Below, piece after piece: positions 44,869 to 54,289 of a stretch of 64,000 nucleotides of DNA (the stretch's first letter is position 1; the number at the start of each line of letters is the position of its first letter). This DNA comes from Candidatus Woesearchaeota archaeon (GTDB taxonomy: Archaea; Nanobdellota; Nanobdellia; Pacearchaeales; GW2011-AR1), in the NCBI GenBank assembly GCA_964576755.1, contig CAZNUV010000002.1, forward strand, positions 9,052 through 73,051, given 5' to 3'. Made by a program: the position numbers and the translations under genes. The notes beneath the pieces were generated by a model. It was given only the letters and a program-made list of their open reading frames with translations, searched no databases and was not told the DNA's origin.

Positions 44869-45600
44869 TTATAATAAACCTAAAAGGATTACTAATAATA
44901 TTCCGGCTATCAAAGAAAAGATTGTAGTATGGTTGGTTAGTTTACAGCATGAGCAAGGAATTAACTCATCTGCAGTAATGTAAATCATAAGTCCGGCTGT
45001 TGCTCCGATAATTAGTCCTATTAATGTACTTGATATTTGTGTAAATAAAAATTTGGCAATTATAAATCCTACTAAAATGGGAACAGCTGTTAATGAAGAC
45101 AGTAAGAAAGATTTTAATCTTTTACCTGTACAATGATAATAGGGTGCAGAAGTACAAATTCCTTCTGGGATATTATGGATTGCAATTGCTAGGGCAATTA
45201 CTAAGCTAATTTTAATATTTGAAATAGTTCCAATAGCTATGGCCATTCCCTCAGGAAAGTTATGTAGAAATATTCCCAACATTAGATAGATTGCAGTTTT
45301 TTTCAGTTTGCATCCTTGTTCTTGAGAAACCATCTCTGGATGAATATGCGGAATTAATTTGTCTAATGTATACATCCCTCCAGCCCCAATAATAATTCCA
45401 ATAACAGAAACACCTATTGAAGATAGTTGAATACTTTCTGGGATTAATTCTAAAAAAGATATTGCTAACATTACCCCTCCTGCAAAGGATAACATATTAA
45501 ACATAAATCCCTTCGAGGGTTTTTTTATTATTCCTATTAGAGATCCTACAATTGGTCCTAAAACAGAGATTATCAAAATAATCCAAAGTATTTTTTCCAT
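44869..45600 (-). CDS. ZIP-family metal transporter (second copy)
   Basis: 243 aa. HNFPEGMAIA and HNIPEGI. Confidence 0.8.
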   Translation of the reverse strand: MEKILWIILIISVLGPIVGSLIGIIKKPSKGFMFNMLSFAGGVMLAISFLELIPESIQLSSIGVSVIGIIIGAGGMYTLDKLIPHIHPEMVSQEQGCKLKKTAIYLMLGIFLHNFPEGMAIAIGTISNIKISLVIALAIAIHNIPEGICTSAPYYHCTGKRLKSFLLSSLTAVPILVGFIIAKFLFTQISSTLIGLIIGATAGLMIYITADELIPCSCCKLTNHTTIFSLIAGILLVILLGLL

Positions 45601-45620
45601 TATTTATTTTTCTAGATTTT

Positions 45621-47075
45621 TTATTTAATCCTCTTTTTAAGTTCTTCGATAATTTCACTTCCAGAAACCTGCCCTTTTAATTTAGCCATTATTAATCCCA
45701 TATAAGCATTAATTGAGAGCCCTGGTTTTTCTTCTATTAATTGGTTTATTTCTTTTGTTAAATCAATTTTTTCTTTTTTTATAGCTTCTTCTAAAGATTT
45801 ACCTTCTATAATTTTCTTTAACACTAAAGATACATCATTTTCATTGATTGTTTTATCTACTTCTGAAAGAACTTTTTCAAATATATCAATATTTAAAATT
45901 TGCTCAATCTGTTCTAATGTTTTTTTAGAACTCATAGCAAGTTGTTGTGGTAAAAGTGTGATTGTCTTTGCAATTAGTTTTGGATTTTCAATTGTGTTTA
46001 AAAGAGTTTTAAATTCTTCAATCTTATTTTGTTTAAGTAAAAGTTTAATAAGTTCATCATTCAATCCAAATTCTTTTAGATAAGATTTATGTTCTGATTT
46101 TAATTTTGGAAGGTCTTTTTTTAATTCATTTATTAGATTATGTGGAATTTTCAATAATTCTATATCTGTTTCTGGATACATTCTTGCAGCTCCAGGCATT
46201 GGTCTTAAGTATGTTGTTGTAGCATCTGGATTTGCTTTTCTAACTTCGTTAATCGATTTTTTTTGTTTTACTAATTCTCTTTGACGTTGAATTTCATTAT
46301 CAATTACTTCTAACATTATTTTTGGATCTTGAAATCCTTTTATCTCAACTCTTTTTGAACCAGTTATTGAGATATTTACATCTTGTCTAATTGTTCCAAT
46401 TCCCCTACGGACATTACATGCACGTAATATTTCTCCTATTTTTAGGGCAGCTTCTTTTATTTGCTCAGGTGTTTTTAAATCCGGTTTTGTTACAATTTCA
46501 ACTAATGGAATTCCAAGCCTATCTAGATTGTATGTTTTGGTTTTATTTTCTTTATCATTTTTAACTACTCTTGCTGCATCTTCTTCTAAAGCGATTGTAT
46601 CTATCCCTACTTTTCCTTCTGTTGTTTCAATATAACCATCATGTGCAATCAAGACTGTTCTTTGAAAACCAGAAGTATTAGAACCATCAATCACTGTTTT
46701 TCTCATTACTTGTGTTTCTGGAAATATTTTGCAATTAAAAAGTAATGCAATCTGTAGGGCAATCTCTAATGCTTTTTGATTTATTGAATGTGGTGGTTCT
46801 TCATCTAGTTCTACAAGACAATTTGTATCATAGAGATTATATAAAAATGTTTTATCTTTTGATTTTTCATATAATGCTGCAGCATCAATTTGTCCTGTTT
46901 CACCTATTACTGGATTAAGTTTTCTCTGAACTTGAAATAATGGTTCATCATTTCTGAGTATAGAAGGACATTCACAGAATAGCTTATGCGTATCTAATTG
47001 TTGATGTATTTCTAATCCTGATTTTAATCCTATTTTTTCATAATCTATTTCTTGTTTGTTTTCTTTTTGTTCCAT
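45621..47075 (-). CDS. gatE: Glu-tRNA(Gln) amidotransferase subunit E (short form)
   Basis: 484 aa. GLKSGLEIHQQLDTHKLFCECPS, GETGQIDAAALYE, GTIRQDVNISI, PGAARMYPETD, YqeY-like tail. About 135 aa shorter than the GatE length I recall. Confidence 0.75.
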   Translation of the reverse strand: MEQKENKQEIDYEKIGLKSGLEIHQQLDTHKLFCECPSILRNDEPLFQVQRKLNPVIGETGQIDAAALYEKSKDKTFLYNLYDTNCLVELDEEPPHSINQKALEIALQIALLFNCKIFPETQVMRKTVIDGSNTSGFQRTVLIAHDGYIETTEGKVGIDTIALEEDAARVVKNDKENKTKTYNLDRLGIPLVEIVTKPDLKTPEQIKEAALKIGEILRACNVRRGIGTIRQDVNISITGSKRVEIKGFQDPKIMLEVIDNEIQRQRELVKQKKSINEVRKANPDATTTYLRPMPGAARMYPETDIELLKIPHNLINELKKDLPKLKSEHKSYLKEFGLNDELIKLLLKQNKIEEFKTLLNTIENPKLIAKTITLLPQQLAMSSKKTLEQIEQILNIDIFEKVLSEVDKTINENDVSLVLKKIIEGKSLEEAIKKEKIDLTKEINQLIEEKPGLSINAYMGLIMAKLKGQVSGSEIIEELKKRIK

Positions 47076-47193
47076 AATAATTATTGTTTAAGGGGTTTTT
47101 TATTTGTTTTGATGGTTTTTTCTTAATAGAGATTAACTACTTTAAAAAGACATATTCGGAAAGGTTTATATATATTTAAAATTCCTTGAGGTT

Positions 47194-49050
47194 ATGAAAA
47201 ATTATAAAATTTTTAAACTTTTTCTAGTTGTGATTTTACTTTTTTTATTTCCTATTTGTTTTGCATATTTTACTTTAGGTTCTTCTTCTAATGAAGTTCC
47301 TTATAAACCTTATAATTACACTGGAAAAAATGTTACAATTGGCATAATTAATCACGGTATAGATTATACTCATGGTGATTTTTGTTCTGTTCTTGTAACA
47401 AGAGATACAGATAATAGTGATGATCCTTACCAGCCTGGAAAAACTTATGTAACAGAGATGTTTAGAGAAGAAGTAGCTGCTTATTATGATTACTGTATAG
47501 ATGGTTCAACACTGGTTGAATATTTTATTGAATGGCCTATTAATCATAGTGTGGGGAATAAGACATATACTTGTACAGGATTATGTGTTAATGGAACTGT
47601 TGATAATAACACTGCTGTAGGATATTGTAACGTTTCTGGATCAGTTTGGCCACTTAATATTAATTATTATAAGTATGTATATGATGCTTGCGACAAGGTA
47701 AGGGGCCAGTATGATGAATATTGGTGTGCATCTAGGAGCGATTCATATTGCACACCTATGGAATGGAATAGTAATTATGGTACTGCTATGGTTGGAATAA
47801 CTTCTGCAAAAGGAGATTATAATAAGAATGGGATTTATGATGAGGGAGAGTATTGGGGAATTGCTCCAGATACAAAAATTTATAATTTTTGGGCAAATCA
47901 TACTTTGGGTTGGTTTGAAAAGATGGGAGAATCAGTTGGAGATTTTGGTTATCCGGATGTTGGTGTAGATATTATGCTTAATCCTGTTGAATTAATTTAT
48001 GATATTAAAAAATATGCTAATTCAAGAGTTGATCAAAATGTGGAAGGAGGAAATATCTTTGTTACTTTTGCAGGAGATAACGGTCCTTCAGAAAGAACAA
48101 TAGTCTATCCAGGAACATCAAGAAATGGAATAACAGTAGGCATATTAAATGATAACTCTTCAAGAGGTCCTGTAAAATATCTACCTGATGATACTACTTA
48201 TCCTAATGAATATGAGGTAAAGCCAGATTTAGTCACAGAAGACAAGTCTTATTGTTCTCCTCTTAAAGATAGTGTTGGGGGTAATTGTCTCGATAGTGCT
48301 CATGCGCTTTTCAGTGGAGAAAGATATGCAGCAGCAGAAGTTGTAGGAGCTCTTGCTTTGCTAAAAGAAAAAAATATGAGCTGGAACCAAAGTCATATGA
48401 AAGAAATCTTAAGAATGACTGTAGATAATGTTGGTTCTAATCCTTTAGTTGTTGGTTATGGTTTATTGAATATTTCTGGAGCACTTGATTATGAAGGAAT
48501 ATTAGATTTAGAAACCTCTATTAATCATCCTGGACTCTTTGATAATTCAAATATAACTAAGTTTAATATAACAGGAAAGTTAAGAGAAGAGAATTTTATT
48601 AATTATACCCTAGATATAGGATTAAGTGTTCTTGAATATAATGGAGAGTATATTAGAGATATAAATTATAATAAGATCTATAGTTCCTCTGTTTTTCCTG
48701 TTGATGAATATTTAGCCAAGGACCTTAATCTACCCTATGCAAGGGGATATCATGTAGTAAGATTAATAGTTTATTATTCTGATAAGCAATCTACAGTGAG
48801 ATATGCTATTTTAGATAATCAGATAGGAGAAAGTTATCAATGTGTTTTTGATCAAGATTGTGGAGATAGTGACCCTTGTACTCTTGATAAATGTATTGAT
48901 AATCAGTGTAATTATGAAACTATTCCGCGGTGTGGAGGAATTTGGGATAAAAAGATTGCTCCAAAAAATGTAACAATCCAAAAACCGATTTATAATCTTA
49001 AATTAAACAAGATTTTAATTAAAAGTTCAGATATAATTTTCTTGAATTAA
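47194..49050 (+). CDS. Exported subtilisin-like (S8) protein with all three catalytic-triad positions substituted, plus a C-terminal Cys-rich module
   Basis: 618 aa with a signal peptide. Subtilase landmarks present: GIAPDTKIY, FAGDNGP, SSRGP, KPDLV. Asp motif reads IGIINHGIDYTH (D to N). His motif reads NYGTAMVG (H to Y). Ser motif reads SGERYAAAEVVG (S to R). Confidence 0.6.
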   Translation: MKNYKIFKLFLVVILLFLFPICFAYFTLGSSSNEVPYKPYNYTGKNVTIGIINHGIDYTHGDFCSVLVTRDTDNSDDPYQPGKTYVTEMFREEVAAYYDYCIDGSTLVEYFIEWPINHSVGNKTYTCTGLCVNGTVDNNTAVGYCNVSGSVWPLNINYYKYVYDACDKVRGQYDEYWCASRSDSYCTPMEWNSNYGTAMVGITSAKGDYNKNGIYDEGEYWGIAPDTKIYNFWANHTLGWFEKMGESVGDFGYPDVGVDIMLNPVELIYDIKKYANSRVDQNVEGGNIFVTFAGDNGPSERTIVYPGTSRNGITVGILNDNSSRGPVKYLPDDTTYPNEYEVKPDLVTEDKSYCSPLKDSVGGNCLDSAHALFSGERYAAAEVVGALALLKEKNMSWNQSHMKEILRMTVDNVGSNPLVVGYGLLNISGALDYEGILDLETSINHPGLFDNSNITKFNITGKLREENFINYTLDIGLSVLEYNGEYIRDINYNKIYSSSVFPVDEYLAKDLNLPYARGYHVVRLIVYYSDKQSTVRYAILDNQIGESYQCVFDQDCGDSDPCTLDKCIDNQCNYETIPRCGGIWDKKIAPKNVTIQKPIYNLKLNKILIKSSDIIFLN

Positions 49051-49102
49051 TTTTCATAACCTTTAAATATCTCTAATGTTTGATATTATTAAGGAGGTGA
49101 AA

Positions 49103-49426
49103 ATGCAACAAGTAAAAAAACTTGGAGTTCTGTCTGTAGCTAAGATTGCTGCATTATTTGGATTGTTAATGGGAATTGTAGGAGTTATTCTTGCTCTTAT
49201 ATTTCAGACCATTGTTCCAGCACAGTTACTTGAATCATATGGGTTTGTAGGTTCTATCACTTGGAAAACAGCAATCTCAATTCCATTGGCTTATCTAGTA
49301 ATGTGGTTTATTGCAGGGTTAATTGGTTCTGCTTTCTATAATCTATTTGCAAAATGGATTGGAGGTATTAGAGTAGACCTTGGAGAAGTAAAGATGAGAA
49401 CACCAGCAAAAAACAAAAAAAAGTAA
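49103..49426 (+). CDS. Small membrane protein (107 aa), hypothetical
   Basis: GGAGGTGA lies just upstream of ATG 49103 (the ORF track uses ATG 49076). Three hydrophobic helices. Confidence 0.45.
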   Translation: MQQVKKLGVLSVAKIAALFGLLMGIVGVILALIFQTIVPAQLLESYGFVGSITWKTAISIPLAYLVMWFIAGLIGSAFYNLFAKWIGGIRVDLGEVKMRTPAKNKKK

Positions 49427-49455
49427 TTTAGTTTTATATTTTTAATTTTTATTTA

Positions 49456-50043
49456 TTAAATTCCAGTTCCTTCATTAAATGATCCATTTTCTTCAAGGTT
49501 TAAAATAAAGTCGCTTAGATTTATATCTACTCCAAGGTCTGGTTCTTGTCTAGTAGATTCTTCATCAATTGTTTCCTGATTATCTGATATTCTTTTAATT
49601 AAATCTTTTTTAAAATATCTTAATAAATTTTCATCTTTTACTAGATACCATCCTTTATACTCTCCTCTAGATTTTGAAGAAAAATAATCTAAAGGAGATC
49701 CATATACCCATAAATTTTTTGTTTTTTGGAATAATCTTGCCTCGTTTACTAATAGTGTTTTTATAGGAATTCCTTGTTCTATTGAATTATTTCGTATCTC
49801 ATCTAAACCATTTAATAGCCTTTCTGATTCTAATAATTTCTTTTTTCCTTGTTTTCTAATTATCGCTGTTTGATAGTAGTCTACATTTGGTAATTCTATA
49901 TACCTAAATAGAATGTTTTGTAATATTCTTACTTTTTCTTTGTTCATCCCTTTATTTAAAAGATATTCTTCACTTCTTTGCTTTTTAAAATTTTCAAATT
50001 CTTCTATTAAATAGGATTTATCATCTAGAGGTTTTACTTCCAT
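49456..50043 (-). CDS. Hypothetical protein (195 aa)
   Basis: Clean ORF. No family recognised. Confidence 0.45.
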   Translation of the reverse strand: MEVKPLDDKSYLIEEFENFKKQRSEEYLLNKGMNKEKVRILQNILFRYIELPNVDYYQTAIIRKQGKKKLLESERLLNGLDEIRNNSIEQGIPIKTLLVNEARLFQKTKNLWVYGSPLDYFSSKSRGEYKGWYLVKDENLLRYFKKDLIKRISDNQETIDEESTRQEPDLGVDINLSDFILNLEENGSFNEGTGI

Positions 50044-50122
50044 ATAATTAAGTCTAAGATTACCCTTTTAAACCTTTCTATTTGTAACTATTTAATAGTG
50101 ACTATATTTTTATAAAAATTGT

Positions 50123-51430
50123 CTAGAAATCACTAAAACCTATTCTTTTATTAAGTTCATGAGAAATATTTTCAAGCATTTTTTCTTTTACACTATTTGA
50201 ATTTTTGCTCCATTCTTTGTGTCCTAAAACCCATGCAAGTTTAACTAATGCTGTTTCTGGTAACATATCTTTTAAAAAGATTAAGCCTGTTTTTTGAAGA
50301 TCACGGCCAGCTGAATAAACTTTGGGATTTAATCTCCCATAGATAGTCTGAGGGGCTCCACAGATTATTATCCCTTTTTTTATCATCTGTTTGATTTTAG
50401 GAAGCCAGTTATATCTCGCTTCATCATATATTGGTGCATGGCCCAGGCCAGATAGTTCTAAAACAAGACCTTTATATCCTTTTTCTGCATAAAAATCTAA
50501 AATTTCAGGGTTTTGTCCAGGATATATTTTTATTAGTGCAACTTTTTCTTGAAATTTTGTATCTAGTTCTACTTTTTTATTATTATCCCGTGCATTAAAC
50601 TCTTTTAATATTTTTATTTCTGTAGCTTCTTGAGAGATTTCTGCAATTGGTTCAGAGTTTATAGTTTTAAATGTATCTCTCCTAGAAGCATGCATTTTTC
50701 TTACTTTTGTCCCAGGCATTGCTAAACAATATTTATCATTCAAATCTTTATGTCCAATAATTGCAACTTCTGCTATGTCAGATATAGCATATTTACAAGC
50801 ACAGATTAAATTTAATGCAGCATCTGTTGAACCACGATCAATACTTCTCTGAGAGTAGGTTAGTGCAATTGGCTTATTTAAATGAGGTAAAAAGAAAGAT
50901 AATGCTGAAGAAGTATAATGTAAAAAGTCTGTTCCATGGGTTATAACTACTCCAGAAATATTTTTATTATTTAATAATTTTTCAGTTAGTTCTGCAATTT
51001 TTTTCCAATCTTGGTAAGACATATTTTCAGAAGCTTTCATAAATGGTTTTTCAATTTTTAGGATATTACATATCTTTTGTATTTCTGGAGCAATGGTAAA
51101 TATATCTTCAGCAGAAGTCCATTTGACTCCCCCTGTTTTTGGGTCTAATCTTGAAGAAATTGTTCCTCCAGTGATAATCATTGCAATATTTGGGAGTTTT
51201 GAGTTAACCTTTAGAACAATTTTTTTATCTTTTTCTTGTTTATCTGTATTATCTTTTTCTAGAACTTTTAAATCTAATATTTCATTTTCACGAATTCCAA
51301 TATTATAACCTGATTCTAATTTTAATAAGATTACCTCAGAATCATGACTCTCTAAAATATATCCTTGCCATTCTTTTGTTTTTGTCTTTAAAATTACATG
51401 GTCTCCGGGTGTAAGTGTTTTTTCCTTCAT
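50123..51430 (-). CDS. gatD: Glu-tRNA(Gln) amidotransferase subunit D (asparaginase-like)
   Basis: 435 aa. N-terminal extension, then IITGGTISS and VITHGTD asparaginase motifs. Confidence 0.85.
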   Translation of the reverse strand: MKEKTLTPGDHVILKTKTKEWQGYILESHDSEVILLKLESGYNIGIRENEILDLKVLEKDNTDKQEKDKKIVLKVNSKLPNIAMIITGGTISSRLDPKTGGVKWTSAEDIFTIAPEIQKICNILKIEKPFMKASENMSYQDWKKIAELTEKLLNNKNISGVVITHGTDFLHYTSSALSFFLPHLNKPIALTYSQRSIDRGSTDAALNLICACKYAISDIAEVAIIGHKDLNDKYCLAMPGTKVRKMHASRRDTFKTINSEPIAEISQEATEIKILKEFNARDNNKKVELDTKFQEKVALIKIYPGQNPEILDFYAEKGYKGLVLELSGLGHAPIYDEARYNWLPKIKQMIKKGIIICGAPQTIYGRLNPKVYSAGRDLQKTGLIFLKDMLPETALVKLAWVLGHKEWSKNSNSVKEKMLENISHELNKRIGFSDF

Positions 51431-51451
51431 AGTTATAGGAGTTTGATAAGA

Positions 51452-51459
51452 TATAAAAA
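51452..51459 (+). promoter_or_regulatory. TATA-box-like element for gatB
   Basis: TATAAAAA ends 21 nt before ATG 51481. Confidence 0.4.
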
Positions 51460-51480
51460 GGTTTGCTGATTCTTTAGTTT

Positions 51481-52899
51481 ATGAAAAAAGAAAAAAAAGA
51501 ATTAAAATCAACACCTGTAAAAATAGGCTTGGAAATACATGGATATCTTAATACTGAAGAAAAACTATTTTGTAAATGTTCTACTTCATTGGAAGATTTA
51601 GAAGAACAAGAGACACCTAACTCTAGGATATGCCCTATTTGTACTGGACAGCCAGGTTCAAAACCTATGTTACCTAATAGTGAAGCTTTGAAAAAGGTAA
51701 TACAAATTGGATTATTGCTTGATTGTAAACTAAATCATGACAAGAAATTAGTATGGCAAAGAAAACACTATTCATGGCCTGATCTGCCTAAAGGATATCA
51801 GAATACAGTATCTGGAGCTTATTCTATCCCTGTAGCAGAGAATGGTAAATTTCAAGGAATTAGAATCAGAGAGGCACATATTGAAGAAGATCCTGCACAA
51901 TGGAATCCAGATACAGGAAAAATTAATTATAATAGGTCTGGGTTACCTTTAATTGAAATTGTTACAGAACCTGATTTTGCTTTTGTAGAAGAAGTTATTG
52001 ATTGGCTGAAAAATCTAGTTATTGCATTGTCATATATTAAGGCAATTAGAAAAAATGCAGGGATTAAAGTAGATGTGAACATTTCAACATATGGGGATAG
52101 GGCTGAAATAAAAAATTTAAATTCTTTAGTAAAAATCAAATCAGCAATTGGTTATGAAATTGCACGTCAGCTTGAAAATTATGAACAAGGAATTATTCAG
52201 AAAAGAGAAACTCTTGCTTATGATGAGAAAAAAGGCAAAACAATTAAAATGAGAGACAAAGAAGGTCAAGCAGATTATAGGTTTGTCCCAGATCCAGATT
52301 TACCTGTTTTAGATATTGATATTAAGATGGTTGATGCAGTTAAAAAAAATCTTCCAGAATCACCTCAAGAAAAACTTGAAAAATTACTTAAAAAATACAA
52401 ATTAGATGAAAAAAATGCCATGATTTTAACTAAGAATCTAGAGTTAGTTGATTTTTTTGAAGCCCTTTCTGATGCAGGTATAGATGTTAAAGATAACATC
52501 TCTTGGGTTACAATTGAACTATTACGTGTTTTAAACTATAATAAAAAGACTTTAGAAGATGAAGATGTTGATATAAAACCAGAACATCTAGCAGAGCTGA
52601 TTAAGGCAGTTGAAAAAAAACAAGTTACAGTATTAAAAGCAAAACAAATTATGAATGATTTTGTACCAAAATCATTTTCTATAAACGAGAAGTCCCATAA
52701 GAAAATAGGGATTATTTCTGAAAAAGAGATTGAAGAATTTTGTAATCAAGTATTAAAAAAGAATCCTTCTGCAGTTCAAGATTTTAAAGCAGGAAAAAAA
52801 GAATCTTTAAATTTTTTAGTTGGGCAAGTTATGTCTCTTAGTAATAGAAGGGCTGATTTTAATATTGCTAGGGTTTATTTAGAAAAATTGTTAAAATAA
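51481..52899 (+). CDS. gatB: Asp/Glu-tRNA amidotransferase subunit B
   Basis: 472 aa. IGLEIHGYLNTEEKLFCKC, ICPICTGQPGSKPMLPN, YqeY-like tail. Confidence 0.9.
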   Translation: MKKEKKELKSTPVKIGLEIHGYLNTEEKLFCKCSTSLEDLEEQETPNSRICPICTGQPGSKPMLPNSEALKKVIQIGLLLDCKLNHDKKLVWQRKHYSWPDLPKGYQNTVSGAYSIPVAENGKFQGIRIREAHIEEDPAQWNPDTGKINYNRSGLPLIEIVTEPDFAFVEEVIDWLKNLVIALSYIKAIRKNAGIKVDVNISTYGDRAEIKNLNSLVKIKSAIGYEIARQLENYEQGIIQKRETLAYDEKKGKTIKMRDKEGQADYRFVPDPDLPVLDIDIKMVDAVKKNLPESPQEKLEKLLKKYKLDEKNAMILTKNLELVDFFEALSDAGIDVKDNISWVTIELLRVLNYNKKTLEDEDVDIKPEHLAELIKAVEKKQVTVLKAKQIMNDFVPKSFSINEKSHKKIGIISEKEIEEFCNQVLKKNPSAVQDFKAGKKESLNFLVGQVMSLSNRRADFNIARVYLEKLLK

Positions 52900-52912
52900 T
52901 TTTTCTAAACTG

Positions 52913-52929
52913 TTTTATCGGCGATAAAA
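52913..52929 (+). other. Hairpin 14 nt after the gatB stop (TTTTATC-GGC-GATAAAA)
   Basis: 7-bp perfect arms with a 3-nt GC loop. Confidence 0.3.
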
Positions 52930-52989
52930 TTTAAATAGAACTGAATTAATACAAAGCTTTAAAAACTATTTTTTTGATACAATAAAACA

Positions 52990-53226
52990 ATGAATAAAAT
53001 AAACGTAAAAACATTAGTAGAACAAGTTTTTGAAAAAGGTCTTAGGTCTTTAAGACACATGTCTTTTATAGAAAAGATGACTGATAGGTCTTATACAGTT
53101 CTAGAAACCGTTCCTGTTTCAGGGATGTTTGTAAGTTCTAATTGGATTACTAAGCACTACCATGATAATGGTGAGCAAGAGACAACTGAGATAAGGTATC
53201 ACGAAAGAGATATACCTCTTAGATAA
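52990..53226 (+). CDS. Hypothetical protein (78 aa)
   Basis: Open frame only. Confidence 0.35.
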   Translation: MNKINVKTLVEQVFEKGLRSLRHMSFIEKMTDRSYTVLETVPVSGMFVSSNWITKHYHDNGEQETTEIRYHERDIPLR

Positions 53227-53309
53227 TTTTAGGTTAGTTAGTATTCAATAAAAAATTCTTTTTTTTCTTTTTTATTATTTATATTTACACTACTTGGAAA
53301 TCTAGAATT

Positions 53310-54251
53310 TTACTCAGTAGAATTATTTTCTGTCTCATTTCCATTAGGCAGTTCAAAACATAAGCCAGTTTCTTCAACACAACCTAAATTACAAATAGAA
53401 CATTCGATTGTTGTGTTTGTTGTAACACAAGTATTATCTATACAGTCTACAATAGGTGTGCTTAAACAAGAACTATTCTGATCACAAGAATATTCCATAG
53501 AAACACTACAATCTTCTGCTACTTCACATTCTGGTTCTGGTAAATCTGATTTTCCAAAAGCTAAAAAATACCACCAAGGTGTATCAAATTCTTCAACTTC
53601 TCCTGTTTCTGCATTTATCATTGCTGTTAATTGTGCTCTAACTCTAAACATTCCTAAGAATTTAACTTGTTTTTCTGTGTCTGCATGATATACTGCCCTG
53701 ATATTGTTTCCTTCACCAACTTCTTTTAATTCAACATTTACATCTCTACTTTGTAATTTATCAATAGCTGTTTGAGAAGCTGTTTCAGGCATTATTTTTA
53801 CATCCTGATTATTTCCATTACTTAATTTTACTTTTATTAATTCTCCTTCTGCTCCAACAACCTGAACATCACGAACTTTAATTTTTTCAAAAGTTTCTCC
53901 TTCTCTTGTTTTTGTTTCTGTTCTTACTGTTATTTGGTATTCTTCACCTTCATTATCTATAAATGTGTATGTTTGTGTTTGTTTTGTTACACCTTTTTCT
54001 TTTTCAGTTTCTTCATCTTCTTCTGTTTCTGTGTCTTCTCCTGCTTCGTTTTCATCATCTTCACTATCAGTACTTCCATCAGAATCGTCATCAGAATCAT
54101 CTGAACTTGATGTAGAACTTGTATCTGAATTTTTGTTGCCTTTATCTGCATTTTTCTCAGGTTGATCAGCATAAGCTAAAGAAACAGCAAATATTCCAAT
54201 TAATAAGATACTAATGATTCCTATGACTAAAAATGATAATGCTTTTTCCAT
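53310..54251 (-). CDS. Exported protein with an acidic low-complexity region and a C-terminal Cys-rich module
   Basis: 313 aa. Signal/anchor. SSTSSSDDSDDDSDGSTDSEDDENEAGEDTETEEDEETE. The C-terminal CEVAEDC...CDQNSSC...VDCIDNTC...CSICNLGC has 12 Cys in ~65 aa. Confidence 0.55.
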   Translation of the reverse strand: MEKALSFLVIGIISILLIGIFAVSLAYADQPEKNADKGNKNSDTSSTSSSDDSDDDSDGSTDSEDDENEAGEDTETEEDEETEKEKGVTKQTQTYTFIDNEGEEYQITVRTETKTREGETFEKIKVRDVQVVGAEGELIKVKLSNGNNQDVKIMPETASQTAIDKLQSRDVNVELKEVGEGNNIRAVYHADTEKQVKFLGMFRVRAQLTAMINAETGEVEEFDTPWWYFLAFGKSDLPEPECEVAEDCSVSMEYSCDQNSSCLSTPIVDCIDNTCVTTNTTIECSICNLGCVEETGLCFELPNGNETENNSTE

Positions 54252-54289
54252 AAATATTTATATAAAATACAGTTTATAATATTTTCTTT

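Noticed and set aside
53965-54172. Alternative-frame ORFs 53965-54165 (+) and 53987-54172 (-) inside the acidic low-complexity region.
   Set aside because: They are frame artefacts of the GA/TC-rich Ser/Asp/Glu tract of gene 53310-54251, which has a signal peptide and a structured C-terminus.
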